Source: Prasinococcaceae sp. CCMP 1430
Lineage: Eukaryota; Plantae; Prasinodermophyta
Assembly (NCBI GenBank): GCA_013416795.1
Contig: RQSC01000619.1
Location: forward strand, 9,824 to 61,977
Direction of reading: 5' to 3'
Length of the DNA: 52,154 nucleotides
The position numbers and the translations under genes were made by a program. Numbering within the stretch: the first letter of the stretch is position 1; each line of letters opens with the position of its first letter. Below the pieces are notes generated by a model that saw nothing but the letters and a program-made list of their open reading frames with translations, made no database searches and had not been told where the DNA came from. Of the stretch, positions 20,829 through 31,816 are shown one piece after another.

Positions 20829-22506
20829 ATGCCCCCGCCGGCTGAGCCGGGGTCACTCGATGACGTCGACGATGGCAGCGATGAAGAGGGCGCGCCGGCG
20901 GCGGGCGCGTGGGCGCTACCGCAGCAGTTTGTGCCGGCGCCCAAGCCTGGGCGGCGAGCAGCGCTCAAGGTGACGATCGTGGCACCAGGATCGCGCGGCG
21001 ACGTGCAGCCGCTCCTGGCTGTCGCCGCGCGCTTGCGCGACCGCGGTGAGGCAGTAACGCTCGCAACTCATCGCTGCTTTCGGGCAGACGTTGGAAGGCT
21101 GGAGGGAGTGCGCTTCGCGTGCGTCGCCGGCGATCCGCGTGACCATCGCGGCAAGTCCGTCGCCGAGGACGAGAAGGAGACCGCCGAGCTAGCAAGGCAG
21201 CAGCTCGCGGACTACGAGTGCGCGTGTCTGTGTGCTGACATTGTGTGCTTTAATTGGTTTGGAATGGCGGGCTACCACATCGCCGAGGAGATGGGTGTGC
21301 CATGTGCGGCACTCTGGCTCGTCCCCTTCAGCCGCTCGCGCTCGATGGAATGCTTCATGATGGCGTCGCCCAAGATGGAGGGACTGAGGGGCAAGCTTGC
21401 AAACACGGGGCTGACGGAGTTGAAGTATGAGCTGCAGACGCATCTCCTGTGGGAGGAAATGTTCTGGCAGCCATTCTCAGCGCACTTTAATGCTTGGCGG
21501 CAGCGCATGGGCCTCGAGCCGCTCACTGGCGGCAAGACTCCCTTTGGCGAGATGTTCAAGAAGCGCGTGCCGATCGCGTACGGCTTCTCCAACGCGGTGC
21601 TTCCCAAGCCCCGTGACTGGCCCGGTCATCACCTTGTGTGTGGCTACTTTACCGAAGAAAAATGGGAAGAGGGTGGGGAGGGATACACGCCGCCGGTGCG
21701 TGCGATCGCTGCGCTGCGCGCTCGCTGCCATGCGTTGGCGCGGACGGCGCTGTGCCTCGTGCCGCGTCTAACGCGCTCGCTCGGCGCCTGCGGGCACCCC
21801 TCGTCCCTTGCCGCGGCGGGTTTCACCTCAATCTCCCTCGTCGACATCGCAGCAAGACCTCGTTGACTTTCTCGCAGCGGGCGAACCGCCAGTGTACCTC
21901 GGCTTTGGCTCGGCCGTGCCAGGTGACCCGAGGGGTTCAGCAATGACCCTGCTGCGCGCATGTAAGGAGGTTGGCAAGCGCGTCGTGCTGCTTGCCGGGC
22001 TTGGGGAGGGCCTCGTCGCTGACAGGGCCGCCCTCGAGATTGACGGCTCCTTGCCCGACCCGGACGAGGTATACCTTGGCGACTCGTTCGTCCCTCACGG
22101 GTGGCTACTGCCCCGGTGCTGTGTGGCGGTGCACCACGGCGGAGCTGGGACGACCGGCGCGTGCGCGCGCGCAGGCGTTCCCACCGTCGTGTGCCCCGTA
22201 GAATACGACCAGTACTACTGGGCGTCGCGGGCTCATGAGTTGGGCACTGCAGCACCGCCTCTACTGCCGCCAGAGGGCGTCGTGGAGGGCGGGAGCGGCA
22301 CGCGGCCGCCTGCGCTCGAGGATGCGGTGGCTGCACTGCGTGGCGCGCTGGCCCCCGCCGCCGCAAGCGCCGCGAGGCGCGTTGCACGCGACGTACGTCG
22401 CGACGAGGGCGCTGCAGTCGCGGCGGAGTTCGTCTCGCTCTTCGCGCGCCAGCACTGGGCAAAGAAGCGCGTTCACTCTTGTAAAGTATGTGAATCATAC
22501 CATTAG
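20829..22506 (+). CDS. GT1/GT28 sterol 3-beta-glucosyltransferase-like glycosyltransferase; 2 exons
   Basis: Exons 20829-21695 and 21853-22506 (intron GTGCGT...TCGCAG). Motifs GSRGDVQPL, VTLATH, PPVYLGFGS, FVPHGWLLPRC, HHGGAGTT and YDQYYW. Confidence 0.88.
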
Positions 22507-22718
22507 TGGACTAGTCATACCGGAGTTCATCGTAGCCATGGGGACACACTTAAAGAACAGGACACGGCAGCCCAGAATGCTGCAACTCGGGAGCGAGCAT
22601 CCATCACTGCTAGCGGGTAGAGCGCTGCGACGCGTCCACTCGCTGCGCGGCCGCGAGCCGCTGGAACGGAGTTAAACCCTGCTGTACATATTGTTAACCT
22701 CAAACATCGCTTTTTTTT

Positions 22719-22745
22719 GGGGGGGGGGGGGGGGGGGGGGGGGGG
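22719..22745 (+). repeat. 27-nt poly-G tract preceded by T8
   Basis: Directly visible; intergenic. Confidence 0.9.
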
Positions 22746-23011
22746 CGCGGTTCCCGGGGGGACGGAGATCAGATTGTTCGGTTGGGCGGCACCGGGCGTG
22801 CGGCGGGGCCCCGGGTTTGAACGCGGCCAGGGGTGCGGGCGCGCCACACGCACGCCAGGAGCGCGGCGAATGCGCGCGCCTCCGGCGGGGCCGGCCCCGG
22901 CCGGCCCGCCGTGAGGGGTGCGCAGAGGGACACCACCGAGCCGCCGGCGGTGAAGCTGCAGGGCCCCACGCGGGGAGGGGGGAGGGGGGGGGGGGCTCTT
23001 GCGCCGCAGCG

Positions 23012-25312
23012 ATGCCCGGGGGCGGTGGCGGGCACGCGTCGCTGCTCTCGCTCGTCGCGTGCCTGGACGGGGAGGCGCCAGACGACGTGGAATATGGGGT
23101 GACAGCGCTGGCGGCCATGTGCTCACGTGACGCAGCGGTAGCCGATGAGGCGATCGCGGCGGGCGCCGCGCCCGCACTGCTGCGGCTCGCCGCAGATCCG
23201 CGCGGCACGGACGGGGCGCCGGCGGGGCCACGGGGCGACGCAGTGCGGACGGCCGCGCTGACGACGCTGCTGGTGGCGGCCACAGCGTGTCGCGCGCGCC
23301 GCATGCTCGTTGCCAACGGCGCCGTGTGGGCGTGCTTGCAGGCGCTCGATGGCCGCCTCACGGTCGCGCGCGATGGTGGGCCCCATCGCGTGGCGCTGCG
23401 GCTGCTCATCGCCCTCGGAATGGATGAAGCAGTGCTGCTGCGCGGCGTGGCGCGCGCTGCCACGTACAGTGCCGCTTGCCGCCTCACTTCATCCGACGAC
23501 CCGGTGGTGGCGCACCTCGCAACGTCGCTCTCCGAGCTGCTCGCCGGTGAGAATCTCATCCTCGGCGCCGCCGCTCATGCCACGCGCACCGCCGCCGGCG
23601 CGGTCGCGCCGCCGTACGCGCCGCGACTGCCCCTGGACGGAAAGGAGAACGTCGCAGGCCGTGGCGGCACGCTGGTGCGGCTCTCTTCTCCGCGCAAAGC
23701 GCAGCCCCTAGCGAAAACCCCGCCTCCTCCGCGCTGGCAGCGGCTGTCCGCTCACGGCGGTGTCGGCGTCAGTGGCTTTGACGCTGGTGGCGCTGCCACT
23801 GTCGACGCGACCACCCCTGTCCCCACCCCCATGGCCATCCCCGCTACTCGCAATGACCCGCCCACCCCCGCCCACGCAACAAGCACCGCCACCCCCGCCT
23901 CCGCCACGAGCCCCGCCGCATCCGCATTTGCTCTCGCAGCAACCACGACCACCGCTGGCCCTACTCCGACCCCCTCGACCGCCTTCGCCACCACCACCGC
24001 CACACCTGCGCCGCAGCAGTCGGAGCTCGAGGAGGCTCTCACAGTGAGCGCCGAGCAGCGAGCACACATCGAGGCGCTGGAGCGCACGCTTGCCGATGAG
24101 CGCGAGGTTCGTCGCGAGACGGAGAGGGCGCTCGAGGAGGCCGTCGCCGCGGCCGCTGCTGCCGTAGCGCCCGCGACTGCTGCGGCGCCCGCGGCGCCCG
24201 CCGATCCACCCGCGCCCCCGGCCTGGAGCCTGCCAACCCCGCAGGTGGAGAAGCACCGACTACAAACCCAGCAACAGCCATGGACGCAGCGGCAGCAACA
24301 AAGACAGCGAATCCAGACCACCGCAAACATCCCAGCTGGCCACGCGGCGACGAGTGCCGAAGGCAACGCATGTCTGTCCGAGGCCGTGGCGGGTGGGGGA
24401 AGCCTGGCGGCCGCCATCGAAGCCTCGGCGAGCGACCGCAACGAGGGCGCCGGCGTTGACGTCATTTCTGCGCTCCCTCATCCCGTGGAAAGTGATACGG
24501 CCACGTCGCCCGACATCTCGAGTGCTTTGGATCAGCTGGCCGCCATCGATCATCGTCTGGCTCGAATGACACAGCGGCGTCGACCGGGTCGTTCTTCAAG
24601 CGGCGCTGGCGCTTCAGGGACCAGTGGTGGCCACACCCATGACACTGCTACCGAAGCGGTCGCACCGGCGGGCAGCGTGGCGCACACGCGGGGCAAAGCT
24701 AGCGGTGTGGCGGGTCCCAGCACTGCCGCCGCAGCCGAGGGGCCCTTGGTGCAAGGCTCCGTCCGCGCGCAGGGCAAAGTCTCCGCGGCCACCGCGAGGA
24801 CGCGAACGCCGAGTGTTGTCAGCGGCGAGCTCCTTGGGCTCGCGACACAGCAGCTCTCGCTGACGCATGCGCTCGAGGAGCGAGTGACGTCTATCGAGGG
24901 CAACCACGAAACCATGGCCGAGGAGCTCGAGCGCGCGCGCGGCGCCTTCGTCTCTGCACTGTCGCAGCACCAGCTAGATGCCGCGGACGCAGATGGCGCA
25001 CTCGAGCGCGCCGTGGCCTCGGTCTTTCACCTCTACGCGCTGCTACGCGGCACGTTGGCGCGCATGTCCACAGTCGGCACGCTCCTTGCGCCGCCCGACA
25101 ACTCCGGGCTGCCTGCCGCCATCAGGGCAACGCGCGACGCGCTCGCAGAGGGCTGGGACGCCGTGGGCGCCTTTGAGCGCGCCGCTGGGGGCGAGACGGG
25201 CCTCGGCGGCGCTGACGGGCTGCTCTTCACGCCGCCGTCCGTGCCGCTCGACGTCCAGGCGACCGAGCTGGTCACGTACACCTCCGAGGCTGCCGCCGCC
25301 GCTTCCATGTAA
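23012..25312 (+). CDS. ARM/HEAT-like N-terminal helical domain + Pro/Thr/Ala linker + coiled coils; function unknown
   Basis: ATG 23012 is in frame with ORF 22691-25312. Segments such as EAIAAGAAPALLRL and MLVANGAVWACLQAL resemble armadillo repeats. Confidence 0.6.
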   Translation: MPGGGGGHASLLSLVACLDGEAPDDVEYGVTALAAMCSRDAAVADEAIAAGAAPALLRLAADPRGTDGAPAGPRGDAVRTAALTTLLVAATACRARRMLVANGAVWACLQALDGRLTVARDGGPHRVALRLLIALGMDEAVLLRGVARAATYSAACRLTSSDDPVVAHLATSLSELLAGENLILGAAAHATRTAAGAVAPPYAPRLPLDGKENVAGRGGTLVRLSSPRKAQPLAKTPPPPRWQRLSAHGGVGVSGFDAGGAATVDATTPVPTPMAIPATRNDPPTPAHATSTATPASATSPAASAFALAATTTTAGPTPTPSTAFATTTATPAPQQSELEEALTVSAEQRAHIEALERTLADEREVRRETERALEEAVAAAAAAVAPATAAAPAAPADPPAPPAWSLPTPQVEKHRLQTQQQPWTQRQQQRQRIQTTANIPAGHAATSAEGNACLSEAVAGGGSLAAAIEASASDRNEGAGVDVISALPHPVESDTATSPDISSALDQLAAIDHRLARMTQRRRPGRSSSGAGASGTSGGHTHDTATEAVAPAGSVAHTRGKASGVAGPSTAAAAEGPLVQGSVRAQGKVSAATARTRTPSVVSGELLGLATQQLSLTHALEERVTSIEGNHETMAEELERARGAFVSALSQHQLDAADADGALERAVASVFHLYALLRGTLARMSTVGTLLAPPDNSGLPAAIRATRDALAEGWDAVGAFERAAGGETGLGGADGLLFTPPSVPLDVQATELVTYTSEAAAAASM

Positions 25313-25596
25313 TCAATCATCACAGCTACTGAGAATTCTACAGCACGGTACGGTACAGTCTCGAGTAGTCCTACACAAAAGTACAGTAACCCTAACCACA
25401 TTCGCGGGGATTACGGTAGACCCTCAGGTATTGGTACCATCAGTACACGCGCAGCCACCGGGGCGGTGGCAGGGCCCGTTGGCGGTGGTGGGTGTGTCAG
25501 GAGGGTGCAGGGGCGCCACACGCACAGCGCCAGGCGGCGCGGCGGGACAAGCGTTGGGCGGCCGACGGCGCGCGCCACCGTTAGCGCGCGGGCGCG

Positions 25597-26430
25597 ATGC
25601 GGCGCGTGCCCGGAGCGCTGTGGCGCGCGGCGGCCGAGCCGGCCAATGGGGCGCACGTAGGCGCGGGCGCCGCGGCGGCGGCAGCAGCGGTGACGGCGGC
25701 AGCGACAGAGGCGGCCGCTGCAGGCGCTGGCGCTGGCGCCCGCGCCTACGGCAGCAGCAAAGGGACGCGTGGGCATGGACGTGCCTCGGGTAGCGGCGGC
25801 AACGTACGCCGGCGCAAGCGCCCTGAGCGCAGTTTGGCGGGCGACGGCAGCCGCGCTGGGGGTGCCACTGCAGGCGGGGGCTTTGCGAGCGCGGGCACGC
25901 CGGAGTGGCGCTACCGCGACATGGACGCTGCGTCGTTGGCGGCAACGCGCGAGGCGACGAGCGCTTACACACGCCGGCTGGGTTCGCGGCTGCGCGACTG
26001 CTTGGAGGCTGCGTGCGCGGAGCATCCCCAGTTGTGCGACGAGCTCGTAGAGCGCATGGGTTTTGCAGTGAACTCGGTGCGCGTGACGCGCGACGGATCG
26101 CGTGCCTATGTGCACTGGAGCGTCGACCCCGGCGGCGAGGAGCGTGCACGCGCGCTTTTGAGTGCTGCTCGGCCCTATCTTCGCCGCTACTGCCAGGATT
26201 CGCTCGACCGTCGCCGTGCGATCGAGCTGGACGTGCTCACGCTTGCGCCTAGTGCGCAGAGCAGCGCGATGGGGGCACTGCTCGATAGCGTCGACGCCGA
26301 CAGGCGGCGCAGAGAATCGCACCCACCCGCGCCCGTCACTTGGGCCACTGCGGCGGACGTCGTCGTCGAGTCTGTGGACGGTATGGACGGGCGACGAGGC
26401 GGGAGCGGTGCGCCAGGCGGCAGTGCGTGA
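25597..26430 (+). CDS. rbfA: RbfA-domain ribosome-binding factor A homolog, organelle-targeted
   Basis: RRLGSRLRDCLE...FAVNSVRVTRDGSRAYVHWSV...LLSAARPYLRRYCQDSLDRRRAIEL follows the RbfA KH-like pattern. The Arg/Ala N-terminus resembles a targeting peptide. Confidence 0.7.
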   Translation: MRRVPGALWRAAAEPANGAHVGAGAAAAAAAVTAAATEAAAAGAGAGARAYGSSKGTRGHGRASGSGGNVRRRKRPERSLAGDGSRAGGATAGGGFASAGTPEWRYRDMDAASLAATREATSAYTRRLGSRLRDCLEAACAEHPQLCDELVERMGFAVNSVRVTRDGSRAYVHWSVDPGGEERARALLSAARPYLRRYCQDSLDRRRAIELDVLTLAPSAQSSAMGALLDSVDADRRRRESHPPAPVTWATAADVVVESVDGMDGRRGGSGAPGGSA

Positions 26431-26714
26431 CGCATTTCTTCTTCTCAAGGCAAACCCCTAGTGCCGGGGGGCGGGCGGGGGGGGGCGCCGCTGTTGTACA
26501 TTTGTGAATCTCTACTTCTCTTCCTCGTGCAGTCACAGTAATTGTGCGTCGAATTTTATGCTGCAGGTAGACTTGGAAGCGCGCCAGGCTGTCTCTCCCT
26601 CGCTGGCTCTCCTCTCATTGGCGCGGCCTCTGCTACCCTCTCTCTCTCGACAGGCGAGTCGACTGCGCGGTGGGCCCCAAAGAAGCTCTGGCTCACTGCT
26701 CGGTTTGGTGCCGA

Positions 26715-28854
26715 TCACCGACACGAAACGGGGCAGTTGAGCAGCGTCGCCTTTTCGATGTCGTAGTCAAAGCGTGGCGTGAGGTCAATGCCGCAGTAGG
26801 GGGCGTTCTTCGGGAACAGCGAATCTGCTGGCTCTGCCAGGCCGAAGAGCTCCTTGTCGATGATGGCAGCCTTGTTGACCGCGTGGATGATCGCTTTACG
26901 CACTGCCAGCTCGTTCGTGGGGGGCTTGGCCGTGTTGAGGATCACGATGCGGTTCTGCAGGGGCTGGGTGAGGTAGGTCTGGAACTCGGCCAAGTGTTGG
27001 GTCATGAACTCGGCGACGGCCGCAGGCTCCAGCACGCCGTCGCCGATGACAGCGTCGAGGGACCCGTCGAGGAGCGCGCTCCGGACGTCCTCATGGCTGT
27101 CGTAGCGGACGAGACGAATAGCATCCACCACCTCGCCGCTGCCGGCATCCCAATGGTCGGCGTTGCGCGTGAAGACTACCTCCTGGACGGGATATTCGCC
27201 CTCCTCATCAGGTACGGAGCCCAGCACGGTCTCGTCCGGCTCGTAGATCCATCGTCCTGTTCCCGAGATGCCGAGGGTCCCTGCCGCGCGCGCACCAGTA
27301 AGCGCGGGTCAGCCATAGCACTGTACGCACCGGTGTTGGACATTGCTGAGGCGAGGCGGGGTCACACAGCTGTGCCGGCTGGCGGGCGCGCGGTGCGGGA
27401 GGCGCGGTTTTCTCATCCTATTGGCACACCTGCGCAGGTGATGTTCACGCCGTCGGCGGCCACAGTCCCCCACGCCGTCGGACACGAATTCTGTGCGATG
27501 GGGTCGCTGTCGAGCCCCGCCACGAACATGGCCGGTGAGAGCATGCGGAGCGGGCGAATGAAGGACAGCTCCTGCAGGAGGGGGTAGTACTTGCTCTTGG
27601 TGGTCACGACGAACGTGTGGTCGCCTTCGCAGCTCCATCCGTCGATCGCTCCGGGGAGGCCGTACCAGCCGTGGTAGTCGCCGGTGGTGAGAGGCGCGGC
27701 GAGCACGTGGTCGAAGTTAAGCTTGGCGGCGGCGCAGTCCCAGGGGGTGCCATCGTGGAAGGTGACGTTCTGACGGAGCATAAAGGTGTACTGCTGCCCG
27801 CCAGAGCTGAGGTCTTCGACGATCCACGAGACCGCGAGGGAGGGGAGGATGGCGCCGCCTGGGCCGTACTCGACCAAGCCCTCGTATACCCAATTGTTTG
27901 CAAAGAACTCATTGGGCCGGTACGAGTGGGCGTCGAGCCTCCCCACGCCAGCGAAGAGGCCCGTCTGCCCGCCGGGCGCGAGGGTCATGTTCCTCCCGCC
28001 AGAAAGCACGCGCAGCGTGTGGACCGGGTAGTCGAACTGCTGCTGGCCAGGGGTGTAGCCTGTGAGGCGTCGGTTGATCACTGCCGGGATGCGCTTGCCG
28101 GAGATGGGAAGCTGCGGGCGGCGCGTCAGCGCGGATAATAATGGCCTGGCGCCTGGAGCGCGCCGATACTGGCGGCGCCAGGCGACGCGAGCATTGGAGC
28201 GCTTCACGCGAGTCCCCCCCCGGCCATCCACACACCTCAGTAGCCTGGTCGTGTAGCATGTTGAGGATATCAGTCCACCCAGCTTGGCGCGCAGCCTCGT
28301 CCTCGATGGTGAGGACGTCCGCGATCTTCTGGTCCAAGACCTGGACGCGCGCGCGAGCAGACGCGGCGATGGCAATGGATGCACGCGCGGGCAGACGCGA
28401 GCGCTGTCAGCAGCTGGTTTGCAGAGGCTGGCGCGAGGGGCCATCCTCTAGGACGATGGCGCACCTCCTTGGTGTTCGGCGGGGGCAGGCCGTTCAGGGC
28501 AGAAAAGTACGCCTCGTCGGGTGTGGACCAGGAGGCTGCGTATGAGTGGGGGTCGTACGGCGGGCCCCAGGTCTCCGAGAAGGCCATGTTGAAGTCGCCC
28601 GCCACCATCGCCTCGTTGAAGTCTTCCTTCAGCAGCTCACGCAGGGTCACATTGACCCCGATCTTCGCGAGGTCGGCGCGGATGTCGTCCTCCAGCACGA
28701 GCAGGTTGGCCTCTCCCTCGAGCACGATGAAGTCGACAGAGAGCTCGCGGCACGCTCCCACCGCCTGCTCGAGGCCAACCAGCGCTGCGCGGCCCAGCGG
28801 GGCCGTGGCTGCCGCCAGTGCGAGGCAGGCCGTGGTAGCAGCTCCCACCGTCAT
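26715..28854 (-). CDS. nikA: Circularly permuted NikA-like nickel/metallophore solute-binding protein (SBP family 5), about 580 aa; 4 exons
   Basis: Exons 28854-28465, 28340-28236, 28111-27430 and 27280-26715, all GT-AG and in frame; start context GCCACCATG. Motifs ETWGPPYDPHSY, GRLDAHSYRPNEFFANNWVYEGLV, YYPLLQELSFIRPLR and LNTAKPPTNELAVRKA. Confidence 0.92.
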
Positions 28855-29405
28855 GGTGGCGGCTCAAGGAGGCAGGGGATCAAAGACCGCTGGCTGGCTC
28901 GAGGGCGATGGATGGCGGGCAAGCGGGGGGGAGCAGTGCGCCTCGCTGTTCGGGGAGGCGCAGTGTGGCACCACACGCGCAGCATGTGTATGTTTCATCT
29001 TTTGTGGGCGGATTGTGCGGGCAGCGTGTGCCCCGCACCGAGGCACGGACGTTCACGATAGGGATCGGCAGACACGCCGTCAGCTCAGAACGGCAGAGTG
29101 AAAGCGGTTGCGTGCCCCCCACCGCACTGCATGATCATTTTGCAGGTTAAAAAAGGACGCTCGTGCATGCAGGCCCGCCATTGTGCTCGCCCCGAGGTGC
29201 GGCCATCGCTTCGCCCGCCCCCTGCAGGGCTGGTACAGGCATTGCCCATGCGGAGCGCCGCGTACGCACTATCAATAGGTAGAATCGTCCACTCCTACTA
29301 GCTAGCTAGAGCTATTGTGTGCAGCGGCTCGCATCCTCTTTCTTGGCCCCAAAAAAATCAATGGAAATAATGTTGCATGTGATGCAGACATGCAAGTCGC
29401 GGCGA

Positions 29406-31773
29406 TCATGCGAGCGGGTTGCAGTTGCACACGAGCGCGCGCAGCCCGAGAGCGAGGAAACTGCCCATGCACAGGCCAATAGTCAGGAACAGCGCCATGA
29501 GCCCTCCTCCCTCGTCCCGAAGCGGCGGCGACAGCCTCTGCGGCGCGTGCATCATCGCTACGGCGCCGAGGTGGCCATTGGTGATCGCCATGACGATGAC
29601 GAATACCACAGGGTACGCCGGCTGACCAAAGAGAACGGGCAGGACGCCGCCGTCGCCACCGCCAGCGGTGTCAACTGCGCACAAAAGGAAGAGTGGGATA
29701 AACCCCAGGCGCAGAGCGGCCAGTGCGAGCAGCCACAGGTCGGACGGCGCCTTCTTCGGCCACACGCCTGCTATGAAGCGGCCGAGCGTGTCACCCACGT
29801 TGAAGAGCACGAACATGACAGGAGTGAACATATCACCCGTGATGCGCGGGTCGATAGTCGTCTGCGAGGTCCCAATGGAGGCCACAACGCCTGGAAAGAC
29901 GCTCAACGTCACCACGAAGACCGCCCACGCCGTGCAGGCCGGCGCGCCGAGCCTTCGCACAATGGCCCGCGTGCGCACCCCATTGGTCGCAAGCGCCAGC
30001 GGGGCCACGTCGGCGTTCGCCGACACGTCAAGAGCCTGGCCCCAGCCCACGCCGACACGGAGACGCCTCTCATCATATGCTGACTCACCGGCGTCACCGC
30101 GCCAACTCCGCCAGCTCCGTGGTGACCGGTGCGAGGGTGGCGGTGGCGTATCCAGGGGGCCGTCATCCGAGGGAGTGTCCGTTTCCCACGGGCCGATGCC
30201 ATGCCCCTGGCTATGCTTTGACACGCGCGGCCCGCCGCGCGCGAGCGCGATCGCGGCACTCGTGTCTGAATCGTCGTCGCCCTCATCACTCAGCAGCAAT
30301 GCCTCCAGATCGTCATGGCCGCGGCGCGTGCTTCCCAAGAGCGAGCGACTCCGCCGGGGGACCCCGCGAGTGCTCGCCGTGCGCTTCACGAAGCGCATGA
30401 AGCGCCCCCCCATCCACATGCTGTCCCTCTCCATTGCTGCACTCGTCGAGAGCTCGTCGGACAACGACGCCGCGGAAGACTGCGACGCCATTGAATCCTG
30501 GTGACGCAAGTCAGCCACCCGCCCGCGCGCCGAAGCTGGCCCTGCCGATGCCCCGTTGACATCCATGGGCACAGAGCCCGAGCGCGGCCTGCCCGCACCC
30601 CATTGCCTGCCGCCGGTGCCATTGGCCCCACCTGGCGTGCCCTCGTGAGTTACCGCCCCCTCATCCTCGCTGAGTTGAGTCGAGATTGCTCTGCTACGCT
30701 GTGCGTTCTTCCTCGCGTGGTAGTGCGCGTACGGCAGCAGCGCCAGGCCCGCGAACCCGAGGATGCCCAGCCCGATGACGCCAACCGCAACGACGAAGTA
30801 CATGAATGCGGGGCCTCGTACGTCCTCGATGGTCGGCACCACGTGTGAGGGCGGCCTCAGCCACGACGTAGACGCGGCGGTGACGCTCACCGTCAGCCCT
30901 GCTATCCCCTGCCCCCCCATGAGCGCCTGCGTGTACTTGGGAGGAAAACGCGATGCCAGCCCGAAGACGCCGCCCTGGAGAAGCGCCGTCGCAGTGCCCG
31001 CCAGGACGAGCATGGCCGAGATAGTGTAGAAGAGACTCTCTGGCGACAGCGCGTCGGTTTTGATGAAGTACGCCGTCATCCCGAACAAGAAGACATTCAT
31101 GGCGAGCGGAAAGAGCACGCGCACACTCTCGCGCCATATTGGGCCGTACGTGCCTCTCAGCAGCATCCTACGACGCGCGCGCGCGAGGGAGTGAGTGTGT
31201 GTGTGGTGGTGGTGGTGGGGGAGAAGACGGAAGAGGGGGGCGACAGAAGGGGGGCAAAGAGTTCCGAAGAGCGCCCGCGAAGCCATGCGGGCGGGGTTGG
31301 AGCCGGATGTGTTCGAGACGCGCCATCCGGCGGACAGGCACGATCATGTTGCCATGTCAGCTATCTGGACGTGTCGGCGATTGGCTCTGTGACAGCGCTC
31401 GTGCTGTGCGCGGCAGCTGCAACAGCGTGCGCGCGAATGGGCGCGAGTGCGGTGCTTAGTGCTGCGTCACCGCAGAGCGTTGCGGCGCGGGGGTGGATTT
31501 GGGTGGGGGCCGCAGGACTCACCATCGCTGCGTCTGCGGGAAGAGCGTGAAAAGCCCGAGCACGAGCGTGTTGGCCGTCGTGAACGTGACCGCAAAGAGG
31601 TCCTCGAAGTTGGTCGCGTGCGGCGAGCCTTTGAAGCGCACGTAGAAGTACGACGACGCGTTGATGAACGCGTTCCATGGAAAGAGCATGCAGATGCCCA
31701 TGACGGTGAAGATGACGTACACCGCGTACAGCGTGTCCTCGGGCTCCGCCACGAGCCCATCGGCGCCGCCCAT
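29406..31773 (-). CDS. Equilibrative nucleoside transporter (SLC29/ENT) with long central loop; 2 exons
   Basis: Exon 1 is 31773-31523 (alternative ATG 31818) with PEDTLYAVYVIFTVMGICMLFPWNAFINASSYF. Exon 2 is 31167-29406 with QGGVFGLASRFP, TQALMGGQGIAG, VTLSVFPG, FNVGDTLGR and TNGHLG. Confidence 0.88.
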
Positions 31774-31816
31774 GCCGCTGCGTCGCCGCCGCTCTCGCGC
31801 GCCCGCGCCCGCCGCC

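Noticed and set aside
22711-22745. Poly-G tract as a functional G-quadruplex
   Set aside because: Cannot be distinguished from a sequencing or homopolymer artefact without reads.
26336-26715. Extra exon or readthrough giving NikA a C-terminal TM anchor
   Set aside because: No hydrophobic segment in the downstream minus-strand frames I read and no convincing splice donor; left as ending at TGA 26715.
12022-28854. Bacterial contamination or a transferred operon (nusA, alkB, rbfA and nikA within 17 kb; nusA and rbfA are operonic in bacteria)
   Set aside because: The genes are interleaved with clearly eukaryotic genes, nikA has spliceosomal introns, leaders look like targeting peptides, and composition is uniform.
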